A stretch of 44,380 nt of DNA from Candidatus Shapirobacteria bacterium (GTDB taxonomy: Bacteria; Patescibacteriota; Microgenomatia; UBA12405): the NCBI GenBank assembly GCA_030698565.1, contig JAUYJS010000003.1, forward strand, positions 142,187-186,566, given 5' to 3'. Below the pieces are notes generated by a model, which ran no database searches, was not told where the DNA came from, and saw only the letters and a program-made list of their open reading frames with translations. The translations under genes were made by a program, and so were the position numbers. Each line of letters opens with the position of its first letter. Positions within the stretch are counted from its first letter, which is position 1. Below are positions 26,103-34,181 of the stretch, one piece after another.

Positions 26103-26375
26103 TCATTCTAATCTCACCACCAATTTACTTCCCAAAGCACTCGCCACTTTCTTTAAAAAATCCAAACTTGGATTTACATCCCCCATTTCAAATCTAGATA
26201 ATGCCGATTGAGTTGTTCCCATCTTTTTTGCCAATTCTTTTTGAGTAATTTTCTTTTGATTTCTAATTCTAACCATATCACTCAATATCTGATACTCTAC
26301 TTCCAAACCATCATAGGTCTTTTTTACTTCAGAATTATTTAATATTTCTTTTTTTATTGTTTCCCAGTTATCCAT
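26103..26375 (-). CDS. XRE-family HTH antitoxin (HigA-like), second paralogue
   Basis: ITQKELAKKMGTTQSALSRFEMGDVNPSLDFLKKVASALGSKL. Confidence 0.7.
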   Translation of the reverse strand: MDNWETIKKEILNNSEVKKTYDGLEVEYQILSDMVRIRNQKKITQKELAKKMGTTQSALSRFEMGDVNPSLDFLKKVASALGSKLVVRLE

Positions 26376-26396
26376 AAAAATAATATAGCATAAACG

Positions 26397-26527
26397 CTAT
26401 ATTTCTGTCAATCGTCTAATTGCTGTTTTTAATTCCCTCTCATCAATCTAGCTCTGCCATCATTATCTAACTTACTCAAAAACTTTACAAATTCATCTTT
26501 TCTCAAAACATATATTTCATAAGACAT
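26397..26527 (-). pseudogene. Internally deleted and frameshifted Gp49/HigB-type toxin remnant
   Basis: Hand translation gives MSYEIYVLRKDEFVKFLSKLDNDGRARLMRGN then a stop, which is N-terminal toxin-like. A shifted frame then gives KTAIRRLTEI and a stop, matching the intact toxin's C-terminal KTAMIRIKQLTNI. The remnant's final stop is 21 nt from the antitoxin ATG, as in the intact module. Confidence 0.55.
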
Positions 26528-26572
26528 ATGTAATTATTATTACATAATTATTTTTTTAATTCATTTTTTAAT

Positions 26573-26610
26573 GAACAGACACAAAGGGGCGATTCATGAA
26601 TCGCCCCTAC
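26573..26610. repeat. Chimeric hairpin: left half of family D fused to family A lacking its GTA
   Basis: GAACAGACACAAA|GGGGCGATTCATGAATCGCCCCTAC. Confidence 0.7.
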
Positions 26611-26621
26611 AGAATCAAAAA

Positions 26622-26738
26622 ATGTTATCCTTTTTATACACACTTATGCCTCGTAATAAACCCACCACTAACATTAGATCCCCCTTTTTGAGGTCGTTAG
26701 ATCCTCGAAGAGGAGGGATTATAGGGGGTTTTAAATGA
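26622..26738 (+). CDS. 38-codon upstream ORF ending in an ATGA overlap with the G2 start
   Basis: MLSFLYTLMPRNKPTT... The first 11 codons are identical to the G1 N-terminal extension; AGGAGG lies about 18 nt upstream of ATG 26735. Confidence 0.3.
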   Translation: MLSFLYTLMPRNKPTTNIRSPFLRSLDPRRGGIIGGFK

Positions 26739-29700
26739 CCCGCTTTTCCTATAAATCCCTTTTCATTATTCTCTTCTTTCTACTGATTGGTATTGTGGCC
26801 TTATTTAAATTTTATCCTCAGAATAAAATTTCTGCTGCCTGGTGGAATGATGGTTGGGGGTATAGGACGAGGGTTGATGTTACCAATTCTTCCGGTTCTG
26901 ATCTTAGCAATCAAAGAATTAAAATTACGCTAAACACCTCTACTCTTATTTCCACTGGCAAGATGCAATCGGATTGTGATGATATTAGAGTTACTAGTCA
27001 AAGTGGTAAACTCCTTGACCATTGGGTAATAAATTGCAATAGTTCTTCATCTTCAGTCTATGTAAAAATGGAGGATCTTCCTAGCTCGGGGTCCAATGTG
27101 TTTGTTTATTATGGCAATCCTTCAGTTTCCAATATTGAGAATACATTGGGATCAACCAACTACCCAGGAACATCATGTCAAATGATGCGTGATCAGGGCA
27201 GTGTTACTTCTGATGGATTATATTACGTCACTCCAGGTGGCAACGATGATAATAAAATCCAGGTTTATTGTGACATGACTACTGATAGTAGTGGTTGGTC
27301 TTTAGTCCTTAACCACGTCTCAAGCTCTACACCTGGACCAAATCCCAACTGGAATCAAGTTGTGAATAATATTAATACATCAGGCACTTACAGTTCTGAC
27401 TTAACTTCGTTTTCCCTTTTTCTTGGAGTAAAGCATTGGAATTATCTAGGTGATTACATTAGAGTTGAAGTTGGATCAAGTCCAACAAGTATTACCAAGC
27501 GCTATGATTACACCAGCTTTTCATTAGATACTGGAAACTACTATGCGCTCACTATGTCTGGTGAAACTCAGATCACGGGAACTGGCTCACCGGGAATTTA
27601 TTCATATCATAATAACAGACCTTTAACTACAACAGATGCGGATCATGACGCCAGTGGAAGCAATTGTGCCAATAGCTATAACTATGCTTGGTGGTATGGT
27701 TCTTGTTGGAACGGAAGTTTTTGGGGTAGTACCGTTAGTCACCAAGATCGAGCATTTTGGACAGGGTCTACCTCTGACTACCATAACTACGGAGGACTAT
27801 GGCTCAAGGGAGACGATTCTATGGAAAATATCTCCACCGGTACCCCTGCCACCGAGGAACAATCCCTTGCCCCCATCGCCTATTGGAAATTTGATGAAGG
27901 TGTTGGTACTACTGCTTATGATTCCAGTTCAAGTGCCTTAAACGGTCTTATTAGTGCTGCCACCTGGCAAACTGAAGACCAATGTATGACTGGAAAATGT
28001 CTCTACTTTAACGAGTCAACAAGTTATGTAAGCTTAGGCACCAATAATACCCTCACTAAAAATATAACCAATATAACTATCAGCGCTTGGGTTAAATTGG
28101 GTAAAGATTTAGGTACCGTGTCCGATAATTATGAAATTATTTCCAACGAATCTTACCAAAATTATGGCTATTTGTTCAGAGTGGAAAACACTACCTCCAC
28201 TGCTACCGCCGGTAAAATTCATTTTAGGTTTAGCCAGGCGGGGGCCAGCACCAATGTTACCGCTCAATCCAATTCTTTTCCCAATGATCACCAATGGCAT
28301 TATCTCGTCGGAACTAAAAATGGTACAGTAGGAAAAATTTATTTAGATGGTAAAGAGATGACACTCTCTACAAATCAATCACTTTCTAATCCAGTGGATG
28401 CCTCCGGCGCTACTCAAATTGGCGGTATATCACAACGATGGAATGGCTTCCTTGACGACGTTAAAGTTTATCCCTATGCTCGATCTGCAACGCAGATTAA
28501 ACAGGATTATGCCGCAGGTAAGTCCCATTCATCTTCCACCAAAGGCACCTCGGCTAATTTAGGTTCTAGTAACCAAAATCTTTCCGCTCTCACCGACGGC
28601 CTAATTGGTTATTGGAAAATGGATGAAAACGTCGGAACAACAACTGTCGATTCTTCGGGAAATAATAATACTGCCACTCTCGGCACCGGCAATTCCGCCC
28701 CCACCTGGTCACCTGGAAAATACGGGGTTGGTTTAAGTTTCAATGGAACAACAAATTACATCAAGGTCTCTTACGATGCTTCATTAAAAAAGCCAGTGAG
28801 TGCAATTACAATGGGAGCATGGGTGAAGCTCAATAGCACCGGAGGTTGGCAGAGTGTGGTCCAATATCCTCAACAAGATGGAAGCCATGTCAGCACTTAT
28901 TTTGATTGGGCAATATATGTTGGTTCAGGGGGAGGGCTTCACACAAGAATTGATGGAGAAAGCTCAGGAACCTATGGTACTATATCTTGGGGTGAGTGGA
29001 CACATGTTGCTATAGCATGGGATGGTTCTTCTACTTTGGTTAAGTACTATATAAATGGAGCGTTAGTTGGAACCTATGATGGAACGAAGACAAGTATAGT
29101 ATATGACAACAACAACCCTGTTTATTTTGGACAAAACGCCGGAGGAGGTGAAAAACTCAGCGGTTCCCTCGACGAAGTCCGTATCTACAACCGTGCCCTC
29201 TCCCCTTCCGAAGTTTCCCAACTCTACAATTGGGCACCCGGACCAATTGGTTATTGGGATTTTAATGAAAATGTAGGCACTACTGCTTATGATAAAAGTG
29301 GTAACAACTACAGTGGATCATTAGGCGCTGATAATTATTCTCCTACATGGGACATTGGAAAATATGGTTCTGGATTAAAATTTAATGGCAATCAATTTGT
29401 AAATTTAACCAGATTTGCCAATAAAGGCATTTCCGTAAATTTATCAAATTTTACAGTTTCAACTTTTATTAAGCCAACATTAATTAATGGAAACTCAAAA
29501 GCCATTTATGTCGAAGGCGCCGGTGGTTCAACTGGTAGTTCTTGGGCAGGTATTTTTTTGGTTAATAATGAAATTAGAGTTCATTTTAAAACTTATAATA
29601 CTGGCGACTTAATTTTATATGATACTGTTGGAGCAAATGTTACTGCTAATAATATTTATTATATTACAGTAACTCGAACCGGAAACAATTTCACTACATA

Positions 29701-32035
29701 TGTAAATGGCATTATTCGCGGCACAGGGACCCATTCAGGGGCCAGTTGGAACAGTTATCCTCCTGGAGTTTCACCCAGCATTGGTGATCACCATTATTAT
29801 TCTAATTCAAAATTTTTTTCAGGGATCATCGACGATGTCAAAATTTATAACTACCCTCGCAACCAAAGACAAATTATCGAAGACATGAACGCCGGCCACC
29901 CTATTGGCGGCTCCCCGGTCGGTTCCCAACTAGCTTATTGGAAAATGGACGAAGGCTATGGATCAACCACCAACAATTCCGGCTTTGGAGGTTCTGTTTT
30001 AAATGGTACTTTTGGCACCGGCAACTCCGCCCCCACCTGGACTAATAATGGTAAGTTCAACAAAGCTTTAAGTTTCGATGGCGGGGATTATACAACCATT
30101 AGTGATAATCCTGCCCTCGATATAGGTTATTCGGGTAGCATTTCCATTTCAGTTTGGTACTACTCTACTACTGCTGATACTAATACCCATACTATTTTAG
30201 CCAAACGCCAAACCGACTCCAGCACTAATACAGATTATATATTATTTATTTCAAATAATTATTTAACCTGGGGGACAGGAGATTCAACTGATTCTGTCGC
30301 CTGGATGTCCATTACTGAGCCATCCAGAAACCAATGGCATCAGATAGTTGCTGTCTTGTCTCGTGATACCAGTCTAACAGGAACAAAATATTTATATGTT
30401 GATGGAAATTTAGTTTCTTCTGGAACTTATGCAACTAAAGCTAATGCAACCAGCACTCCATTATATATCGGTAAATATAATGGAAGTGGAGCTTTTTGGG
30501 AAGGCCTTATTGATGAAGTTAAAATTTACAACACAGCCTTAACTGCTGAAGATATCAAACTAGATTATAATCGAGGTTCTGCCATAGTTATGGGCAATTT
30601 AGGAACCAATTCATCAGGCGCTGTCGATGCTTCTTCAAATAGATCATACTGTATCCCCGGCGATACTTCGACCTGCAACCCCCCAGTCGGCGAATGGAAA
30701 TTTGAGGAAGGTGTGGGGACTACTGCTTATGATACCAGCGGCAATAATAATAATGGAATTTGGCAAGGCACACTTGGCAATCAATGGTCCCAAGGTAAAA
30801 TTGGTAAAGCCGGTAGTTTTAATGGCGCCAATAATTATATTTTAGGAACAAACAATTTAGGAATTTCCGGAAATGCAGAATTTACCATGTGTGCCTGGAT
30901 GAAATGGATCGGAATTTCATGGCCATCAGATTATCCATCATTTATGGGAAACAATTCAACCGGCTCTACCAATAACGGATTAAGTTTTACTGTTTATCAA
31001 GGCAGACCTGCAATTGATTTTTGGGTAAATCGTTGGCGAGCCTCAAACGCCTTATCTTTAAATACTTGGTATTATGTTTGTGGTACTAAAACAGCCGGAA
31101 CAATTTCAACCACATCAAAAATTTATGTAAATGGACAGCTAGTTTCAGGAGCAGTGGAAGGAACTGACACAACACCAAATATTACCGATTCACCTCCTGT
31201 AATAGGAAGGTTAGACGGAACACGTTGGTTTCAAGGTCTCATCGATCAAGCAGAATACTTTAACTACGCCCGCACACCAGCTCAAGTCGCCTGGGACTAC
31301 AACCGCGGTGGACCTGTGGGTCACTGGAAATTTGACGAATGCCAAGGATCTATAGTTTACGATTCTTCTGGTGTCGGCACCACTGGTGGTATATCAATTG
31401 GTACCTCTGGAACCCAAAATTCCCTTGGAACCTGTGCTGTTGGCACATCAGCAGCCTGGACCAATGGCGCTAGCGGTAAACTCAACTCATCGCTAAGTTT
31501 TGACGGAATCGACGACTATATAAACTTAGGAAACAATACCAACTTAAATCCTCAACAACACGGCTGGTCAACATCTTTCTGGGTTAAATCAAGTCAAAAG
31601 ACGAGTCAAAACGGTGGTTATGTTAGGGTTATGGGTAGAATTTCTGGAGGTGCTCCTTATTGGATATTGAGAACTCACACAAATAATGGAGATTATGCTG
31701 TTATGCAAATGTTAGATGCTAGTAGCAACAGTGGAGGTGTCAGCGGAACTAATACAGTTACTGATGGTGTTTGGCATCATCTTGTGTTCGTTTACGATTA
31801 TAATAATTCTAAGTCTTACATATATCTAGACGGAGTTAGGGATGGATATAACGACTGGACAGGAACAAGTATGGGTACTGTAAATCCGTCTCTTCCCCTA
31901 CATATAGGTCAGGCCAACGCTAATTCAGAATTCTTTTCCGGCCAAATTGATGATGTTCGTATTTATAATTACGCTCTCACCGCCACCCAAACCAAAACTC
32001 TTTACAATAATGGGGCTGTGAATTTTTCGAATTAA
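26735..32035 (+). CDS. Giant surface protein G2: TM anchor, DUF2341, canonical fibrinogen-related domain, six LamG domains
   Basis: Same architecture as G1. Fibrinogen-like motifs: SC..., YYVTPGG...IQVYCDM, TTTDADHDASGSNCANSYNYAWWYGSCWNGSFWG. Confidence 0.85.
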   Translation: MTRFSYKSLFIILFFLLIGIVALFKFYPQNKISAAWWNDGWGYRTRVDVTNSSGSDLSNQRIKITLNTSTLISTGKMQSDCDDIRVTSQSGKLLDHWVINCNSSSSSVYVKMEDLPSSGSNVFVYYGNPSVSNIENTLGSTNYPGTSCQMMRDQGSVTSDGLYYVTPGGNDDNKIQVYCDMTTDSSGWSLVLNHVSSSTPGPNPNWNQVVNNINTSGTYSSDLTSFSLFLGVKHWNYLGDYIRVEVGSSPTSITKRYDYTSFSLDTGNYYALTMSGETQITGTGSPGIYSYHNNRPLTTTDADHDASGSNCANSYNYAWWYGSCWNGSFWGSTVSHQDRAFWTGSTSDYHNYGGLWLKGDDSMENISTGTPATEEQSLAPIAYWKFDEGVGTTAYDSSSSALNGLISAATWQTEDQCMTGKCLYFNESTSYVSLGTNNTLTKNITNITISAWVKLGKDLGTVSDNYEIISNESYQNYGYLFRVENTTSTATAGKIHFRFSQAGASTNVTAQSNSFPNDHQWHYLVGTKNGTVGKIYLDGKEMTLSTNQSLSNPVDASGATQIGGISQRWNGFLDDVKVYPYARSATQIKQDYAAGKSHSSSTKGTSANLGSSNQNLSALTDGLIGYWKMDENVGTTTVDSSGNNNTATLGTGNSAPTWSPGKYGVGLSFNGTTNYIKVSYDASLKKPVSAITMGAWVKLNSTGGWQSVVQYPQQDGSHVSTYFDWAIYVGSGGGLHTRIDGESSGTYGTISWGEWTHVAIAWDGSSTLVKYYINGALVGTYDGTKTSIVYDNNNPVYFGQNAGGGEKLSGSLDEVRIYNRALSPSEVSQLYNWAPGPIGYWDFNENVGTTAYDKSGNNYSGSLGADNYSPTWDIGKYGSGLKFNGNQFVNLTRFANKGISVNLSNFTVSTFIKPTLINGNSKAIYVEGAGGSTGSSWAGIFLVNNEIRVHFKTYNTGDLILYDTVGANVTANNIYYITVTRTGNNFTTYVNGIIRGTGTHSGASWNSYPPGVSPSIGDHHYYSNSKFFSGIIDDVKIYNYPRNQRQIIEDMNAGHPIGGSPVGSQLAYWKMDEGYGSTTNNSGFGGSVLNGTFGTGNSAPTWTNNGKFNKALSFDGGDYTTISDNPALDIGYSGSISISVWYYSTTADTNTHTILAKRQTDSSTNTDYILFISNNYLTWGTGDSTDSVAWMSITEPSRNQWHQIVAVLSRDTSLTGTKYLYVDGNLVSSGTYATKANATSTPLYIGKYNGSGAFWEGLIDEVKIYNTALTAEDIKLDYNRGSAIVMGNLGTNSSGAVDASSNRSYCIPGDTSTCNPPVGEWKFEEGVGTTAYDTSGNNNNGIWQGTLGNQWSQGKIGKAGSFNGANNYILGTNNLGISGNAEFTMCAWMKWIGISWPSDYPSFMGNNSTGSTNNGLSFTVYQGRPAIDFWVNRWRASNALSLNTWYYVCGTKTAGTISTTSKIYVNGQLVSGAVEGTDTTPNITDSPPVIGRLDGTRWFQGLIDQAEYFNYARTPAQVAWDYNRGGPVGHWKFDECQGSIVYDSSGVGTTGGISIGTSGTQNSLGTCAVGTSAAWTNGASGKLNSSLSFDGIDDYINLGNNTNLNPQQHGWSTSFWVKSSQKTSQNGGYVRVMGRISGGAPYWILRTHTNNGDYAVMQMLDASSNSGGVSGTNTVTDGVWHHLVFVYDYNNSKSYIYLDGVRDGYNDWTGTSMGTVNPSLPLHIGQANANSEFFSGQIDDVRIYNYALTATQTKTLYNNGAVNFSN

Positions 32036-32052
32036 AATTAATATTATCCATT

Positions 32053-32325
32053 GTAGAGACGCGCTGCAGCGCGTCTCTACAAAACACAACATATCCAATG
32101 TAGGGGCGATTCATGAATCGCCCCTACCAAACGTAAACATTATATTTAATTCCGCCCATTCTGTAAGGGCGACCCTGGCGGTCGCCCCATTATTTGATCC
32201 ATTATTATTCAGGGCGGGGGCTAGCCCCGCCCCTACGTTTTTTTAATGAACAGACACAAAGGTCTGTTCCTACAATCATATTTCCCCATTTATCCGTCAT
32301 TGCAAGGACAAAGGACGAAGCAGAT
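32053..32325. repeat. Hairpin array E, A, B+C, D, F downstream of G2
   Basis: E 32053-32080, A 32100-32127, B+C 32163-32236, D 32248-32273, F-variant 32296-32325. Confidence 0.85.
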
Positions 32326-32847
32326 TTAATCTCGAATCATCTTTCTCTTTATCTCCACCACCCCAGTACAATTCCTCATCATTGCCCGACTTAATTTTTT
32401 CTCAAACCCAACATAAATTATTTTCTTTTTCACTACCTTTGCCTCCAATATTGCTGGAACAATATCTGTATCAGAAGAAATCAAATAACAAACATTATAC
32501 TCATTTTTTAAAGCTCCGGCGGTAATCTCCACCGCCATTTTTACGTCAACACCTTTTTCGTGATACTTACCGTCACTTTTCAACATAAAACCTTTATAAA
32601 CTTCAATTTTTTGTTGTTCTAAATTATAAAATAATGACTGTTGTTGAGCATACATTCCCTCTGCCTTTTTATTTCCAGATTCCCTCTTAATTTCTCCCAC
32701 ACAATATAATATTCTCATTCCTTTTTGCCCAACTACTTTTTCCACTAATTTTCGATAATTAAAATTTGTTAAATGAACTTCAGGACACAAATTTTTACTT
32801 CCATGATAAAAATTACTCCCATCTATTATTACCAATAATTTATCCAT
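32326..32847 (-). CDS. NYN-domain (LabA/DUF88-like, PIN-related) predicted RNase
   Basis: LVIIDGSNFYH..., EKGVDVKMAVEI, YLISSDTDIVPAI. ATG 32847 is preferred over the track's GTG 32862. Confidence 0.7.
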   Translation of the reverse strand: MDKLLVIIDGSNFYHGSKNLCPEVHLTNFNYRKLVEKVVGQKGMRILYCVGEIKRESGNKKAEGMYAQQQSLFYNLEQQKIEVYKGFMLKSDGKYHEKGVDVKMAVEITAGALKNEYNVCYLISSDTDIVPAILEAKVVKKKIIYVGFEKKLSRAMMRNCTGVVEIKRKMIRD

Positions 32848-32868
32848 AGTTAAATTTACCACAAAGCC

Positions 32869-32904
32869 AAAAAAAACCTCCAGGTCCTATTACAGAACTG
32901 GAGG
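32869..32904 (-). terminator. Canonical intrinsic terminator on the minus strand, located upstream of the NYN gene
   Basis: On the minus strand: CCTCCAG-N14-CTGGAGG followed by T8. Confidence 0.55.
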
Positions 32905-32984
32905 GATTTAGCTTATTTAAGAACACCTTAATTCTATCAAGAATCTAAAAATAAACAATAATCAAACCCCTTTTTCTTTTGTCC

Positions 32985-33169
32985 ATAGAGACGCATACAA
33001 TGCGTCTCTATAAAACACAACATATCCAATGTAGGGGCGATTCATGAATCGCCCCTACCAAACGTAAACATTATATTTAATTCCACCCATTCTGTAGGGG
33101 CGACCCTGGCGGTCGCCCCATTTTGTTTAATTCATTTTTATTCAGGGCGGGGGCCAGCCCCGCCCCTAC
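32985..33169. repeat. Hairpin array E, A, B+C; a direct repeat of 32053-32236
   Basis: E-variant 32985-33011, A 33031-33058, B+C 33094-33169. The inter-hairpin spacers are also conserved (AAAACACAACATATCCAAT; CAAACGTAAACATTATATTTAATTCC). Confidence 0.85.
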
Positions 33170-33190
33170 CAAAAACCACATCTTAATTTT

Positions 33191-33208
33191 ATGTAATAAT
33201 AATTACAT
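33191..33208 (+). promoter_or_regulatory. Operator-like palindrome ATGTAAT-N4-ATTACAT overlapping the toxin start codon
   Basis: The same motif sits immediately upstream of the decayed toxin start (26528-26545). Confidence 0.4.
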
Positions 33209-33521
33209 GGAAACATTTTTTATTAACCCAGATTTAAGAGAATATATTTATTCATTGGATAAAGCGACATTATCAAAATTCATTAGATTATCTGATCTGT
33301 TAGAAACATATGGAGAAAAATTGGGCATGCCATATTCAAAAAAAATTCAGAAGAATCTTTATGAATTAAGAATCCATGGTCAACGCGAAATCCGCGTATT
33401 TTATTGTTTCTATCGAGACAAAACTGTTTTTGTCCACGCAATTATTAAAAAATCCAGAAAAACACCAACTCAAGACATAAAAACAGCAATGATAAGAATT
33501 AAACAATTAACAAACATATAA
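33207..33521 (+). CDS. Intact Gp49/HigB-type toxin (RelE/ParE superfamily)
   Basis: 104 aa; LYELRIHGQREIRVFYCFYRDKTVFVHAIIKKSRKTP is typical of phage Gp49-like (DUF891) toxins. The track start at 33123 lies inside hairpin C. Confidence 0.7.
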   Translation: METFFINPDLREYIYSLDKATLSKFIRLSDLLETYGEKLGMPYSKKIQKNLYELRIHGQREIRVFYCFYRDKTVFVHAIIKKSRKTPTQDIKTAMIRIKQLTNI

Positions 33522-33536
33522 CATATATGTTATAAT
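33517..33536 (+). promoter_or_regulatory. 18-bp perfect palindrome TATAACATATATGTTATA overlapping an extended -10 (TGTTATAAT), 7 nt before the antitoxin ATG
   Basis: Read directly; the spacing implies a leaderless or near-leaderless antitoxin transcript. Confidence 0.35.
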
Positions 33537-33542
33537 AAGCTT

Positions 33543-33839
33543 ATGAAAATTTCAAATAAAATAAATCTCGTCCCTTTTTCTGAATTCAAAAAGAAAGCTC
33601 TTATGGATCCTGAAATCAAAGCCGAATATGATCGGCTTGGGCCAGAATACGAAATCATCGAAGCAATTATTCGTAAACGACTTGAAATTGGTATTTCCCA
33701 AAAACAATTAGCCGAAAAAATGGGCACCAAACAATCAGCTCTCTCCCGTCTGGAATCCGGTAACTACAATCCATCTCTCGCATTTCTAAAAAAAGTTGCC
33801 GCCGCCCTCGACGCCAAGCTAAGTATCTCAATGAAATAA
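33543..33839 (+). CDS. XRE-family HTH antitoxin (HigA-like) of the intact module
   Basis: ISQKQLAEKMGTKQSALSRLESGNYNPSLAFLKKVAAALDAKLSISMK. Confidence 0.75.
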   Translation: MKISNKINLVPFSEFKKKALMDPEIKAEYDRLGPEYEIIEAIIRKRLEIGISQKQLAEKMGTKQSALSRLESGNYNPSLAFLKKVAAALDAKLSISMK

Positions 33840-33853
33840 AAAAACACCCTATC

Positions 33854-34181
33854 GTAGGCGCAGACCTTTGTGTCTCTGCCCAAACAACAAATTTTTCAAA
33901 TTAAAATTAATATTATCCAACGTAGAGACGCGCTGCAGCGCGTCTCTTTATTTAAAATAAATATTTTATTGTTTATGAGAGACGCATACAATGCGTCTCT
34001 ACAAAAAAATCCCACCCATTTTTAATTTATTTTTTAATGAACAGACACAAGGGTCTGTTCCTACAAATATTATTTTCCGATTTATTAATACGCCATTGCG
34101 AGGAGGCTTTGCGACGACCTGCCTGCCGGCAGGCAGGAGCAATCCCATTGTCTGTAGAGACGCGCTGCAGCGCGTCTCTAC
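33854..34181. repeat. Hairpin array: D-like, E (with T-tract), E, D, long F, E
   Basis: 33854-33880, 33922-33947, 33977-34002, 34039-34064, 34093-34148 (contains the nested CCTGCCTGCCGGCAGGCAGG), 34154-34181. Confidence 0.85.

Noticed and set aside
20015-32035. Diversity-generating retroelement targeting the LamG proteins
   Set aside because: There is no reverse transcriptase and no template/variable repeat pair with adenine-specific differences. The similarity between G1 and G2 lies in the linkers, not in a short C-terminal variable region.
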